This document shows positions 16,083-24,510 of a stretch of 33,690 nt of DNA, one piece after another. Each line of letters starts with the position of its first letter. Position 1 is the stretch's first letter. The translations under genes and the position numbers were made by a program. This stretch comes from a virus (taxonomy: Duplodnaviria; Caudoviricetes). Location: positions 1 to 33,690 of the IMG/VR virus record IMGVR_UViG_3300007987_001205; one strand, 5' to 3'. Under the pieces are notes generated by a model that was not told the DNA's origin, made no database searches, and worked only from the letters and a program-made list of their open reading frames with translations.

Positions 16083-17063
16083 ATGGCCATCAAATTCGAG
16101 AACTGCATGGGCAGCCAACCGCTGACCTACGTCCGGGAAGTCCTTTCCCACTTCGATTTCAAGAAGCCTCCCATCCCCGTGGAGGAAATCTCGGATTTCA
16201 TTGGTCTCAAGATCAAGACGGTCCCGAACCCGAAACCAAACTCAGCGGAGGCGCACGAACTCTTGACGAGGGTTCCCTGCTGGCTAGACCGCGAGAAGCA
16301 CGAGATTCAGCTTTATGAGCGCTGTCCTCGAAAGCGCAAGAGGCTCGGAATCGCCCACGAAAATAACCACTACATCATCCCGTACCACGAGGGGCTCAAC
16401 CCGTTCTGCCCCGAGGCAGACGACCCGACGTGCCGCAAGCACACCGAGCAGGAGGCGTTTCTCGGCGGCGCGGCCATGATGTTCTACCCCAAGCTGTTCT
16501 TCCCGGACGCTCTCAGCTTCGATCGCATTGGAATCGGTGCCGTCGAGAAGCTGTCCGACCGCTACGACGGCTCGATCGAGGCGACGGCGAACTGGTATAT
16601 CCGGACGCATCCAAAGATCTGCGCGGTCGTCATCGCCCAGCCGTTCCAAAGAAAGGCCGTCCAGAACGGGGACCCCGGGACCATGAAGCTCGGCCTGGAC
16701 CTGAGGCACTCAAAGCGGGTGAAGAACCCAACGCCGCTCGCCCGTCTGCCGCGCAAGTTCGCCGACTACGGGATGAATTACCCGCTCGAGGTGAAGTATG
16801 CCATCCGTTCACATCGCTTCCCGAAGTGGATTAGGTCGGGCGTCGGCATTCCGGAGACCAGTCTCATCAACCAGTGCTATCAGGCTGACGTGCGCATGAG
16901 CGGTGAGGTACCCGCAGGGGACCTCGGCTCACGGTCCCCTTTCTCCTACACCGCCGAGTGCCTGCCGTTCGGGGTCAACGGGTCCCGGTCCGTGATGGTC
17001 ATCCTCACGCTGCCCGACAAGCAGCAGAACTTCGGCTTTCTCACGCCGACGCTGGGCTGGTGA
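16083..17063 (+). CDS. ImmA/IrrE-family zinc metallopeptidase (antirepressor)
   Basis: PPIPVEEI, IAHENNH (HExxH), EQEA, HTH-like segment and long C-terminal extension. Confidence 0.85.
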   Translation: MAIKFENCMGSQPLTYVREVLSHFDFKKPPIPVEEISDFIGLKIKTVPNPKPNSAEAHELLTRVPCWLDREKHEIQLYERCPRKRKRLGIAHENNHYIIPYHEGLNPFCPEADDPTCRKHTEQEAFLGGAAMMFYPKLFFPDALSFDRIGIGAVEKLSDRYDGSIEATANWYIRTHPKICAVVIAQPFQRKAVQNGDPGTMKLGLDLRHSKRVKNPTPLARLPRKFADYGMNYPLEVKYAIRSHRFPKWIRSGVGIPETSLINQCYQADVRMSGEVPAGDLGSRSPFSYTAECLPFGVNGSRSVMVILTLPDKQQNFGFLTPTLGW

Positions 17064-17070
17064 TGCGGCC

Positions 17071-17484
17071 ATGGTGGTTACCGTCCAATGGAGCGACGTC
17101 GGCCGCGATCTCGACCTCTGGGACCTTTCCCGCGGGCTCTACTCCTATCTGACGACCGACGCCGCGGAAATCCTTTACATAGGTGAGGTCGACGGGACGA
17201 CCGTCCGCGGGCGCTGGAACCGTTCCGGGAAGGAAGGGTTTTGGGGCGATCTTGAGGAGCGGGGTATCGGCGAGCACGTCGTGTTGGTCGGGGAAGTCCT
17301 GCTCGATGCGGGTTCGCGCCTGACGCGGGAGTTTCTGGCCGACGTCGAGAGCCTGCTCATCAAACGCATCGTTCCGTGGGGCAACATCCAAAGCACGCGC
17401 ACACGGATCTCACGGCCCGGACTGCGCGTCCGCTGTGAGGGCGACTGGCCATTGCAGAAGCGGGAATTTCTGGACATCGGATAG
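17071..17484 (+). CDS. GIY-YIG-like nuclease
   Basis: GLYSY..LYIG..RGRW..VESLLI..N motif spacing. Confidence 0.68.
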   Translation: MVVTVQWSDVGRDLDLWDLSRGLYSYLTTDAAEILYIGEVDGTTVRGRWNRSGKEGFWGDLEERGIGEHVVLVGEVLLDAGSRLTREFLADVESLLIKRIVPWGNIQSTRTRISRPGLRVRCEGDWPLQKREFLDIG

Positions 17485-17496
17485 CACGAGGAGCGT

Positions 17497-18093
17497 ATGC
17501 CCGAGGATAAGCCGAAGCGCGCGATCGTTTCCCAACCAGCTGCCGTATCCCTCGTATTCTCAGCCATAGAACTCTTCCAAATTCCAGGACTTGGGGATTC
17601 GTATGAGTCTTATGGTTATATTTTCGGGCATCGCGATTTTAATGCAGAGGTCGATACGCTGTATATTGACCACGCCCTCCCTCTCGTCTATGTTGCAGAT
17701 CGGACGCGAAGAAGCGTTGCCCCATACCATGACTTCGAACAGTTGCGTGGGCGTCTTTGGACCCTTCAACATCCCATTCTTCATTCGACTTTATATGGGA
17801 GCAGAATGATCGGATCCTATCATTCACATCCTGTCAGCGGCCAGGCGGCACTGTCCGATGCCGATCGCGATGCGATTCGCCCGAACAATATCGGCGCGGT
17901 CGTCGGCGTCTCGCGCCCGACCGAGGGAGGGGAAGAGCCGCACTGGAGGCTCGAGAACAACGTCCTGAAGGGGCGACTAGATGTCGTCGATATTCAGATC
18001 GGCATATGGTACCGCGAGGGTCAAGAGATCGTGCAATATCAGCCGATCTGCCAGAGCCTGCTCGGTGCCGACGCCTACTGGGACATCGAGTGA
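17497..18093 (+). CDS. JAB/MPN (JAMM) metallo-isopeptidase-like protein
   Basis: ESYGYIFG..IGSYHSHP..LSDAD: E...HxH...SxxD motif. Confidence 0.82.
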   Translation: MPEDKPKRAIVSQPAAVSLVFSAIELFQIPGLGDSYESYGYIFGHRDFNAEVDTLYIDHALPLVYVADRTRRSVAPYHDFEQLRGRLWTLQHPILHSTLYGSRMIGSYHSHPVSGQAALSDADRDAIRPNNIGAVVGVSRPTEGGEEPHWRLENNVLKGRLDVVDIQIGIWYREGQEIVQYQPICQSLLGADAYWDIE

Positions 18094-18599
18094 GCCGTCG
18101 CGCGCCGACGCCCGGTCGCTCGATTACCGATCCCGAAAGACTCGAACACTTGCCCGACCTCCGGACTGGAAAGGTCCACGTTCGCCAGAATCCAACGAAG
18201 GGCAACTGCCTGGCGGGTCTGAACTGTCAGATTGTCCCAACCGACGGCGTCAGTCGCCGTCGTATCCCGCAGCGCATTGCGCGCTTGAGCCTGGTGGCCT
18301 GGCGAGAGCCAGATCCTTCGCGCCGAGAACATGAAGCGCACGTCCGAATTGCCGGTCTTGCGACCCGCTGACTCGACCGCCTCCTTCAGCCATGCGGGAA
18401 TGACGAGCTCCCGACCGGAGGAGACCGCGAGCGCCACGCGCATCGCGACCCTCCCCACCTGAACGACGACGGGCACATCGTAGCCGTCCTCGAACTCCTC
18501 GGACATCGCGGCCGGTACCGAAACGGTCGTCGTCAAGGTGCTGATCGGAATTGTGCGAATCTCATCGCCAAGAATTTCTCTGCTCACAGCGTCCTCCAT
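18075..18599 (-). CDS. Hypothetical protein, possibly DUF1905 + OmdA/YdeI-like
   Basis: VPVVVQVG..LKEAVESAGRKTG then ALRD..WDNLT..LRWI; resemblance by eye only. Confidence 0.45.
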   Translation of the reverse strand: MEDAVSREILGDEIRTIPISTLTTTVSVPAAMSEEFEDGYDVPVVVQVGRVAMRVALAVSSGRELVIPAWLKEAVESAGRKTGNSDVRFMFSARRIWLSPGHQAQARNALRDTTATDAVGWDNLTVQTRQAVALRWILANVDLSSPEVGQVFESFGIGNRATGRRRATAHSMSQ

Positions 18600-18602
18600 A
18601 AC

Positions 18603-18629
18603 ATATCTTATGGATATTCTATAAGATAT
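18603..18629. promoter_or_regulatory. AT-rich inverted repeat (operator-like)
   Basis: ATATCTTAT-N9-ATAAGATAT immediately upstream of ATG 18599. Confidence 0.55.
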
Positions 18630-18666
18630 ACTGTGGAATGGCAAGCTCCCGACGCCTCCCTGGGAA

Positions 18667-18697
18667 TTGTAACGCCCTACCCGAAACCACCCGTTTA
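18667..18697 (+). promoter_or_regulatory. ECF-like promoter copy 2 ahead of xis-int
   Basis: TTGTAACGC-cctaccc-GAAA-cca-CCCGTTTA. Confidence 0.65.
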
Positions 18698-18760
18698 TTG
18701 AGGAAGGATGCCGGCCGCGCCAGTTCGGGCGCTTCCGACTTCCTTCGCGGGGGACAATGC

Positions 18761-18943
18761 ATGGAGGAAAAGCGCCTGTTGAGCGTCGACGAACTATCGG
18801 CCTACCTGAGCCTGCCCAAGTCTACGATCTATAGCTGGGTCAGCATGCGGCGAATACCCGGCGTGGTGCGGCTGGGTCGGGCGCTGCGCTTCGAGAAGCA
18901 GGCCATCGACCGCTGGATCGACGCGGAAAAGACGCGGGCATGA
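18761..18943 (+). CDS. Excisionase-type HTH protein
   Basis: LLSVDELSAYLSLPKSTIYSWV..IP..RLGRALRF; upstream of the integrase. Confidence 0.85.
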   Translation: MEEKRLLSVDELSAYLSLPKSTIYSWVSMRRIPGVVRLGRALRFEKQAIDRWIDAEKTRA

Positions 18944-19001
18944 CCCGCGGCGGGGCCGCTCCCGAAGGCCGCGATTCGGGGCCGCTTCGCCGTCGAGAAT
19001 C

Positions 19002-19033
19002 GCCTTGCTTTCCGGCGGGAGTCCTTGTACCTT
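19002..19033 (+). promoter_or_regulatory. Putative integrase promoter TTGCTT-17-TACCTT
   Basis: Canonical spacing; 19 nt identical (inverted) to 27001-27019. Confidence 0.55.
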
Positions 19034-19060
19034 CGTCACTGACCGACGAGAAGGTCGACG

Positions 19061-20152
19061 ATGCGAATCTATAGAAGGCACAAGGATCGCCCCGAGTGGC
19101 ACATCGATTTCCGCTACAAGGACGAGAACGGCCAGTGGAAGCGGCGCATCGAGGTCGTCGGGCCGAATAAGAAGCTGGCCGAGCAGGTGCTGCGCAAGCG
19201 CATGGGCGAGGTCGCCGAGGGGAAGTTTTTCCCGGAGCGCAAGAAGCGGCGCATCTCCTTCTCGGAGATGGCGGACCTCTACATGGAGCTTCACGGCAAG
19301 CACCAGCCGAGCGGCCATATCACGAACCACCACGTCCGGCGGCTCAAGAAGCATTTCGGCGCGAAGATGCTCGACAAGATCACGATTCCGGACGTCCTGC
19401 GCTACGTCAACGGCGTCAAGGAGCGCACCTCGGCCTCGACCGCCAACCGCCACCACGCGATCCTGCGGGCGATCTTCAACCGGGGCATCGAGTGGGAGAA
19501 GTTCGACGGCCCGAACCCCGCCGCCAAGGTCAAGCCCTTTCGCGTGGAGAACAGCCGCCTGCGCTTCTTGTCCAAAGAGGAGATCGGCAGCCTGCTGGAG
19601 TCCTGCTCGCCGCGCATCTATCCCTTGGTGGTCTGCGCGCTTCTGACGGGCATGCGGCGCGGCGAAATCCTGGGGCTCGCCTGGGAGAACGTGAACTTGG
19701 CGCAAGACGTTCTCTATGTGCTAAAATCCAAGTCAGGGAAACCTAGGGAGATTCCGATCGCCCGCAAGTTGCGAGAGGTATTGGTGGCTCTAGGCCCGAA
19801 GAAGTCCGGGCGGCTCTTTGAAATTTCGGACATGACCCTCAGGCGGGATTTTCCCGTCGCGCTGAGGGCCGCAGGTATCGAGAATTTCAGGTTTCATGAC
19901 CTGAGGCATACGTTCGCGTCCCATTACGTGATGCGAACCAACGATTTGCCCGCCACGCAGAAGCTGCTCGGGCACCACAGCCCGGTCATGACCCAACGGT
20001 ACGCCCACCTATCCACGGGGCACTTGAAGGTCGGAATCGAGCTCCTGGATACGGGATTGGATACGAATTGGATACACGGGCCTAAATCGGCCCAGGGCGA
20101 AACCGAGAAACCTAAAGATTTACAACCAAACGCGGGCGTGGTTCAATGGTAG
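19061..20152 (+). CDS. int: Tyrosine integrase (prophage)
   Basis: TGMRRGE, K, FHDLRH, LGH, RY catalytic motifs; stop inside the tRNA. Confidence 0.95.
   Translation: MRIYRRHKDRPEWHIDFRYKDENGQWKRRIEVVGPNKKLAEQVLRKRMGEVAEGKFFPERKKRRISFSEMADLYMELHGKHQPSGHITNHHVRRLKKHFGAKMLDKITIPDVLRYVNGVKERTSASTANRHHAILRAIFNRGIEWEKFDGPNPAAKVKPFRVENSRLRFLSKEEIGSLLESCSPRIYPLVVCALLTGMRRGEILGLAWENVNLAQDVLYVLKSKSGKPREIPIARKLREVLVALGPKKSGRLFEISDMTLRRDFPVALRAAGIENFRFHDLRHTFASHYVMRTNDLPATQKLLGHHSPVMTQRYAHLSTGHLKVGIELLDTGLDTNWIHGPKSAQGETEKPKDLQPNAGVVQW
20046..20075 (+). repeat. Three TGGATAC direct repeats (candidate integrase arm sites)
   Basis: Copies at 20046, 20058 and 20069, inside the int 3' end, 56 nt before the tRNA. 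Confidence 0.6.
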
Positions 20153-20205
20153 AACGCTACCTTGCCAAGGTAGAGACGGCGGTTCGATTCCGCTCGCCCG
20201 CTCCA
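20132..20205 (+). tRNA. tRNA-Gly (GCC)
   Basis: Acceptor GCGGGCG/CGCCCGC, D arm GTTC/GAAC, anticodon arm CTACC-TTGCCAA-GGTAG, T loop TTCGATT, encoded CCA. Confidence 0.97.
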
Positions 20206-20390
20206 ATTTCCAAGTAGTTCGAATCGCGCCGGAGCCCGCAATCGTAGCGGCTTTGGCGTTTTCTTTTCTCCGTCGAGGATTGGGAAAAGTGGCGAGGAAG
20301 TCGGGGCTTCTTGGGTGGCGCGAAAGGTGCGCACTCGGCTAAATCGGGCCCCGAATTAGCTCCGCAACGCTTGGATCGTGTCCAAGAGCC

Positions 20391-20453
20391 ATGTCCCTCC
20401 GTGGCCCTCCATGACCCCCGATATCCCGGGGCTTGTTAGCAAAAGTGTTAGCA
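20391..20453 (+). repeat. att-arm-like repeats
   Basis: 10-nt periodic ATGTCCCTCC/GTGGCCCTCC/ATGACCCCCG/ATATCCCGGG, then TGTTAGCA twice (20434, 20446). Confidence 0.55.
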
Positions 20454-20460
20454 GGAATTC

Positions 20461-21600
20461 TTAGGGATGCTCGATAATTTCCTGGACGGTCGGTGCCCAA
20501 ACCATCGCCATTCCATCACTCAATACAGAGCGAATGTACGGGCCTTGGGTAGAGCACTCGTCCTCAAAGGCCAATTCGGAGATTTTGTCCAGTGAGCCGC
20601 TAATGATTGAATCATGGATCTGCGAGTCCAAACCCCAGAAGAACACACCGGCCTTCGGAATCTCCGTCTTTCCAAACAGATGTGCGGGCCAATGGGCACC
20701 ATCAAAAATGGTCCCATTGAAACGCCGTTGACCAATCCGAAAAGAAACACGTTTCGACAAACCACCCCGGCGAACATTGACCCCGCCTTTTAGGTAGGCA
20801 TCCCAAGTCTGATCCCCACCCCTGATGAGGCCCATCAGGCTATTGGCGACTTCTCGAAATCCTTGGATTGAAAAGACACGAAGATAGTGCTGCAACAAAA
20901 AGCGGTAGCCAAAGTATTTGTCAGGATTTGATCCCGGGCCTTCCGGATCGCAGACAAGAATATCCGTTGCCCTGCTGTTTGGCGTACTTCTGGGAGCGAA
21001 AAGCACGCCCATTGCGTGGCGATAGTCTCGCCAACTCCTGAGTTTGTCGCGGATGCCCTGATGGGCTGCAGGCCAGCCCACCCGGTCAAAGCGCCCTCGG
21101 ACCTCGAGCTTTAGCGCTCCCGGGGACAGATTCGGTGCCATGAAATCAACTTGGCCCATCCCTGTCGACTTCCACAAAGAAAGCCGAATGCCATAGACGC
21201 GCTTCGCCACCAGTAGCCCCACGCCGGTCCCGAGCAATTCTGTAACCAGCCCCTTGAGCCTTGCCAACTTGGGATTGTCGAGCACCAACCTATATGGGGG
21301 GCCGCCTCTGGGGATCTCTGCGCGCGGATTCCAGGCAGAGAGAATCAACCAGCACAAACTGGCACGGACGCGCATCTCGCCCACGCCAAAGGGATCGATC
21401 GTGGAATTGATGAAGTGATGCGCGGCGTGCGTGACAATGGAGGAAATCTTCAGCGTTATCCCATTGGCCTGGAGATCTGACAATGCCGCCCGAATCGCCG
21501 CGTTCGTAGGCGTGCAATCGCGCTGGTCTACCTCAACTCGGAAATGAACTTCATCGTTGGGTAAGGGGGTGGCAGCCAGAGGGACTATCGGAGTGGGCAT
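20461..21600 (-). CDS. Hypothetical protein, possible PD-(D/E)xK-fold nuclease
   Basis: 379 aa; ELLG helix followed by VDF..LKLEVRG; downstream of the GmrSD-like gene. Confidence 0.55.
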   Translation of the reverse strand: MPTPIVPLAATPLPNDEVHFRVEVDQRDCTPTNAAIRAALSDLQANGITLKISSIVTHAAHHFINSTIDPFGVGEMRVRASLCWLILSAWNPRAEIPRGGPPYRLVLDNPKLARLKGLVTELLGTGVGLLVAKRVYGIRLSLWKSTGMGQVDFMAPNLSPGALKLEVRGRFDRVGWPAAHQGIRDKLRSWRDYRHAMGVLFAPRSTPNSRATDILVCDPEGPGSNPDKYFGYRFLLQHYLRVFSIQGFREVANSLMGLIRGGDQTWDAYLKGGVNVRRGGLSKRVSFRIGQRRFNGTIFDGAHWPAHLFGKTEIPKAGVFFWGLDSQIHDSIISGSLDKISELAFEDECSTQGPYIRSVLSDGMAMVWAPTVQEIIEHP

Positions 21601-21636
21601 TGTGCTATTTTCGACAGAACCCAGCAGACATCCGGC

Positions 21637-23505
21637 TTAGATTGCCTGACTGGCGGCCGCGGCCGACGAGTCGCTCGCAATCTGGCTGATGTCCCAAACC
21701 TCTTTGGTCAGATTGATGAGCAGCCCTTGACGCCTGTCAATGTTCGCAGCCGTCCATTCGGTGAAGGACTCCAACTTGCTGTTGATTCTCGTGATCGAGC
21801 TGTTGTTCCCAACGGAAGCCAGCCCGGCGATACTACTGGTAAGGTAATTCTTGCACTTGGCGTACTCGGCCTTTTTGAGTGCAAAGAAGTTGTTGCTGGC
21901 CACGATGTTAATCGGCTTTTCGAGTAGGGTCAAATTTCCCAGCTTGATCTTATACTCTTCGTACTCCGCTTTTGGGTTCTTCTCGGCGAAGTCAGCGCGC
22001 AGGTCCGGCTTGGGATTATTTGGCAGGATGTGTTCGATTTCGAGCACGGTATAGTCTCGAAGCGCGCCCGGTTCCCGAAGCCCCTTATAGGCCATATCGA
22101 CATGCTGTGCCAACTTCGCAAGAAGATAGCGCGTCCGGTACTGCTGCATCGAATATAGCGTGTAGCGCTTCAGCGCATCGGACAACTCTCCATCCTTCGC
22201 TGACATATTCTTTTTGAAGCGTTCCGCGATGAATGCATTAAGCTTGTCTGCTTGGGTCTGTGGATCAGGAATCCCCACGATTGCCCGAAGCTCATCTGCC
22301 CAAGTCGAAAAATTCCTCTCCAGGTCTTTCGTCGGTGTCTTCGTGAAGATGTAGTAGAACAGGAAACTCTCGAGCTGCCGGACGAGATGGTCGAATAGAT
22401 GCTTGGGAAGGCTGCTGGCGGCCAGCAGGAGCACATAGTGCAGGCTGAAAGCTCCGCCGCAAAGCAATTTCAGACTACTCATCGCGATGCTAGACTTCTT
22501 ATCATTGCCCAGGCCATCAGAAAACGCGATGTAGTTTTCGACGTTCTGGATGACTTTGCGTACAAACTCGAATGGTTTCTCCGAGTAGTTGCAGAGTTTG
22601 GCATTTGCCTTGTTTACGAACCAGTTGTAAATCTCATCCTCGCGAACGACCGCGTCTCCCCGGGAGCTCTGGATCTTGTAATTAGCCATCAAGAAATAGC
22701 GGAGGAAGCGGAGCGGCTTCTCTTTGTTGACCTCGAGGGGCTTGGTTATCTTCTTCCATTCATTCTTCAGGCGCGTAAACTCGTCCATCCGTACATGCGT
22801 GAAGAGCAGGTTCTTCAGAAGATCCATCGGGTTCAGCCCAACGCCTCGTTCATTTATGGTTTCAAAGATCTTCAGGGCGCTGCTGACATCCGTTGATATT
22901 TGGATGAAAACCACATTGTTGGCGAGATAACCCCAAAACTTCTTTAGCTTGGTCTTGTTGTCGTAGTTGTCGGAAAGATATCTGCAAAGAGTGCCATAGG
23001 CGTTAACCAGATTTTCAAGGGAGCCAAAGCTCGTTATCCCCGCTCCCTGGATGCCGTTTCGAGTCGACAGGGGATCTGCGTTCAATTCGACAATCTTCGC
23101 CATAACGTCGCCGGCATTCTCATATCTGGGTTCTAGCTTGAGGGTTGTCTGCGTTTCACCGGTGCCAGAGGTGTAGCTAGTCGAGATCAGCCCGCTGATC
23201 GTCTGAACTTGGGGTTCTCCTTCAAAGAGATGCTTTAGCGCGCAGAGCAGGAGATAGAACGTGGTCAGACGTTGCTGGCCGTCAATGACGTCATAGTGGT
23301 TCTTCTGATCCCTGGGCGAAACGAGAACCGTGCCGACGAAATATTCGCGGCTTGTCCCCTCATCGATCTGCTCGTTAATGTCGTCGAGGAGCTGCTGAAT
23401 TTCTGTATCCGTCCATACGTACTCGCGCTGGTAATCTGGAACAACATAGAAGCACTCACGGAATGCTTCTTCTACGCTGTATTTGTGGTTTTCAATTTTT
23501 GCCAT
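21637..23505 (-). CDS. DUF262-DUF1524 (GmrSD-like) modification-dependent restriction protein
   Basis: VPDYQREYVW, IDGQQRLTT, FETINERG, IEHILP, LGNLTLL. Confidence 0.9.
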   Translation of the reverse strand: MAKIENHKYSVEEAFRECFYVVPDYQREYVWTDTEIQQLLDDINEQIDEGTSREYFVGTVLVSPRDQKNHYDVIDGQQRLTTFYLLLCALKHLFEGEPQVQTISGLISTSYTSGTGETQTTLKLEPRYENAGDVMAKIVELNADPLSTRNGIQGAGITSFGSLENLVNAYGTLCRYLSDNYDNKTKLKKFWGYLANNVVFIQISTDVSSALKIFETINERGVGLNPMDLLKNLLFTHVRMDEFTRLKNEWKKITKPLEVNKEKPLRFLRYFLMANYKIQSSRGDAVVREDEIYNWFVNKANAKLCNYSEKPFEFVRKVIQNVENYIAFSDGLGNDKKSSIAMSSLKLLCGGAFSLHYVLLLAASSLPKHLFDHLVRQLESFLFYYIFTKTPTKDLERNFSTWADELRAIVGIPDPQTQADKLNAFIAERFKKNMSAKDGELSDALKRYTLYSMQQYRTRYLLAKLAQHVDMAYKGLREPGALRDYTVLEIEHILPNNPKPDLRADFAEKNPKAEYEEYKIKLGNLTLLEKPINIVASNNFFALKKAEYAKCKNYLTSSIAGLASVGNNSSITRINSKLESFTEWTAANIDRRQGLLINLTKEVWDISQIASDSSAAAASQAI

Positions 23506-23552
23506 GGATGCCCTCTCCGCAGATCGTCCTCAGCGCCGACGGAATGCCGCGG

Positions 23553-23747
23553 TTACTTTGGTTGACAGAATGAGCACTCTTGAACAGGCAGGCCCGTCGT
23601 CGATGCATATGCCTTCGCGTCTGCCATAGAGTCGTGGTCCTTATATTCTCCCCGGCCCTCTCCGCCACGCTTGCGAAGCTGGTTGCAGTCTTGTCGATGA
23701 ATGGCTACGTGCGGGTTATGACGATTTTCGTAAGTGGTGAATGCCAC
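23553..23747 (-). CDS. Small putative zinc-binding protein
   Basis: HxxxC..CxxC; GGAGG RBS before GTG. Confidence 0.65.
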   Translation of the reverse strand: MAFTTYENRHNPHVAIHRQDCNQLRKRGGEGRGEYKDHDSMADAKAYASTTGLPVQECSFCQPK

Positions 23748-23767
23748 TATTCCTCCAGTCGGTCGTG

Positions 23768-24010
23768 CTATTCGGGTGAAATGTCGGAGTCGAACATTTC
23801 CTTCGCCGCCTTGAAAATCGACTCCCCCACATAACGCATTTTATTCTTGGTCGCGCGAACAACGGGCTCGGTATCAATAAATCGCTGATCTTTCGTTACG
23901 ACCCCGTTTTTCCATCCGCGTATTGAAATCCACGGAATTCGTCTTCCATCTTCACCCCGCTTCACGTCTACCATTACGTTCACTAAAATTGAGTACCGCT
24001 TCTTTGTCAT
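23768..24010 (-). CDS. Hypothetical protein (80 aa)
   Basis: ATG start; first gene of a tight leftward run. Confidence 0.55.
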   Translation of the reverse strand: MTKKRYSILVNVMVDVKRGEDGRRIPWISIRGWKNGVVTKDQRFIDTEPVVRATKNKMRYVGESIFKAAKEMFDSDISPE

Positions 24011-24210
24011 GATTGCGCTCTCTGGGCGTGATTCTCCCTTATCGGGACCACGGATTTCACTATTCTAGAAATTTGAGCGATGGCATCTTGAAGTGCTAAA
24101 ATTAAGTGTCACCGTTAGTCGGTGGCTTCTGTATTTTGCCCCGGCCTGATCTAGGGCTAACAAAGTGCTAGAATAAATTTTTTTCGGGCAGGCGCTATTA
24201 GGATAGGGAT

Positions 24211-24510
24211 TTACGGAAGCACGTTCCGAGAAAGAAGAACGCGTTCATACTCGGCTTGATCCATTGGACACGCCAACAGATCGCAAGCTTCTCTGAATGT
24301 CAGGTTCCCTAGCTGGCGAGTCATTTTCCGAATTAGATCAGCGCCGTAATCTCTATAGCCCGTGCCGGTTGAAATCTTTGTTCGCACTCGAGTGCGGCGT
24401 CCCTGATAAATGAAATAGTAAAAGCGATGATCCCGGGCGTCTTGCTCAAACCCCTTCGAAGCTAGAGACCTTTCGATAGTATTACGCGGTATAGACCGCA
24501 TCTTCGACAA
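24211..24510 (-). CDS. HicA-like toxin
   Basis: IERSLASKGF..DHRFYYF..TKIS..LIRKMTRQLG; small and basic; overlaps the HicB-like gene. Confidence 0.7.
   Translation of the reverse strand: MSKMRSIPRNTIERSLASKGFEQDARDHRFYYFIYQGRRTRVRTKISTGTGYRDYGADLIRKMTRQLGNLTFREACDLLACPMDQAEYERVLLSRNVLP

Larger units (their letters stand above)
1..20205. mobile_element. Prophage (temperate tailed phage), right-hand part; left end outside window
   Basis: Ordered modules: portal/terminase, replication-recombination, divergent repressor/cro switch, xis and tyrosine integrase abutting tRNA-Gly. Confidence 0.93.

Noticed and set aside
20046-20453. Short repeats as a CRISPR array
   Set aside because: Units are 7-10 nt without unique spacers, and there are no cas genes.
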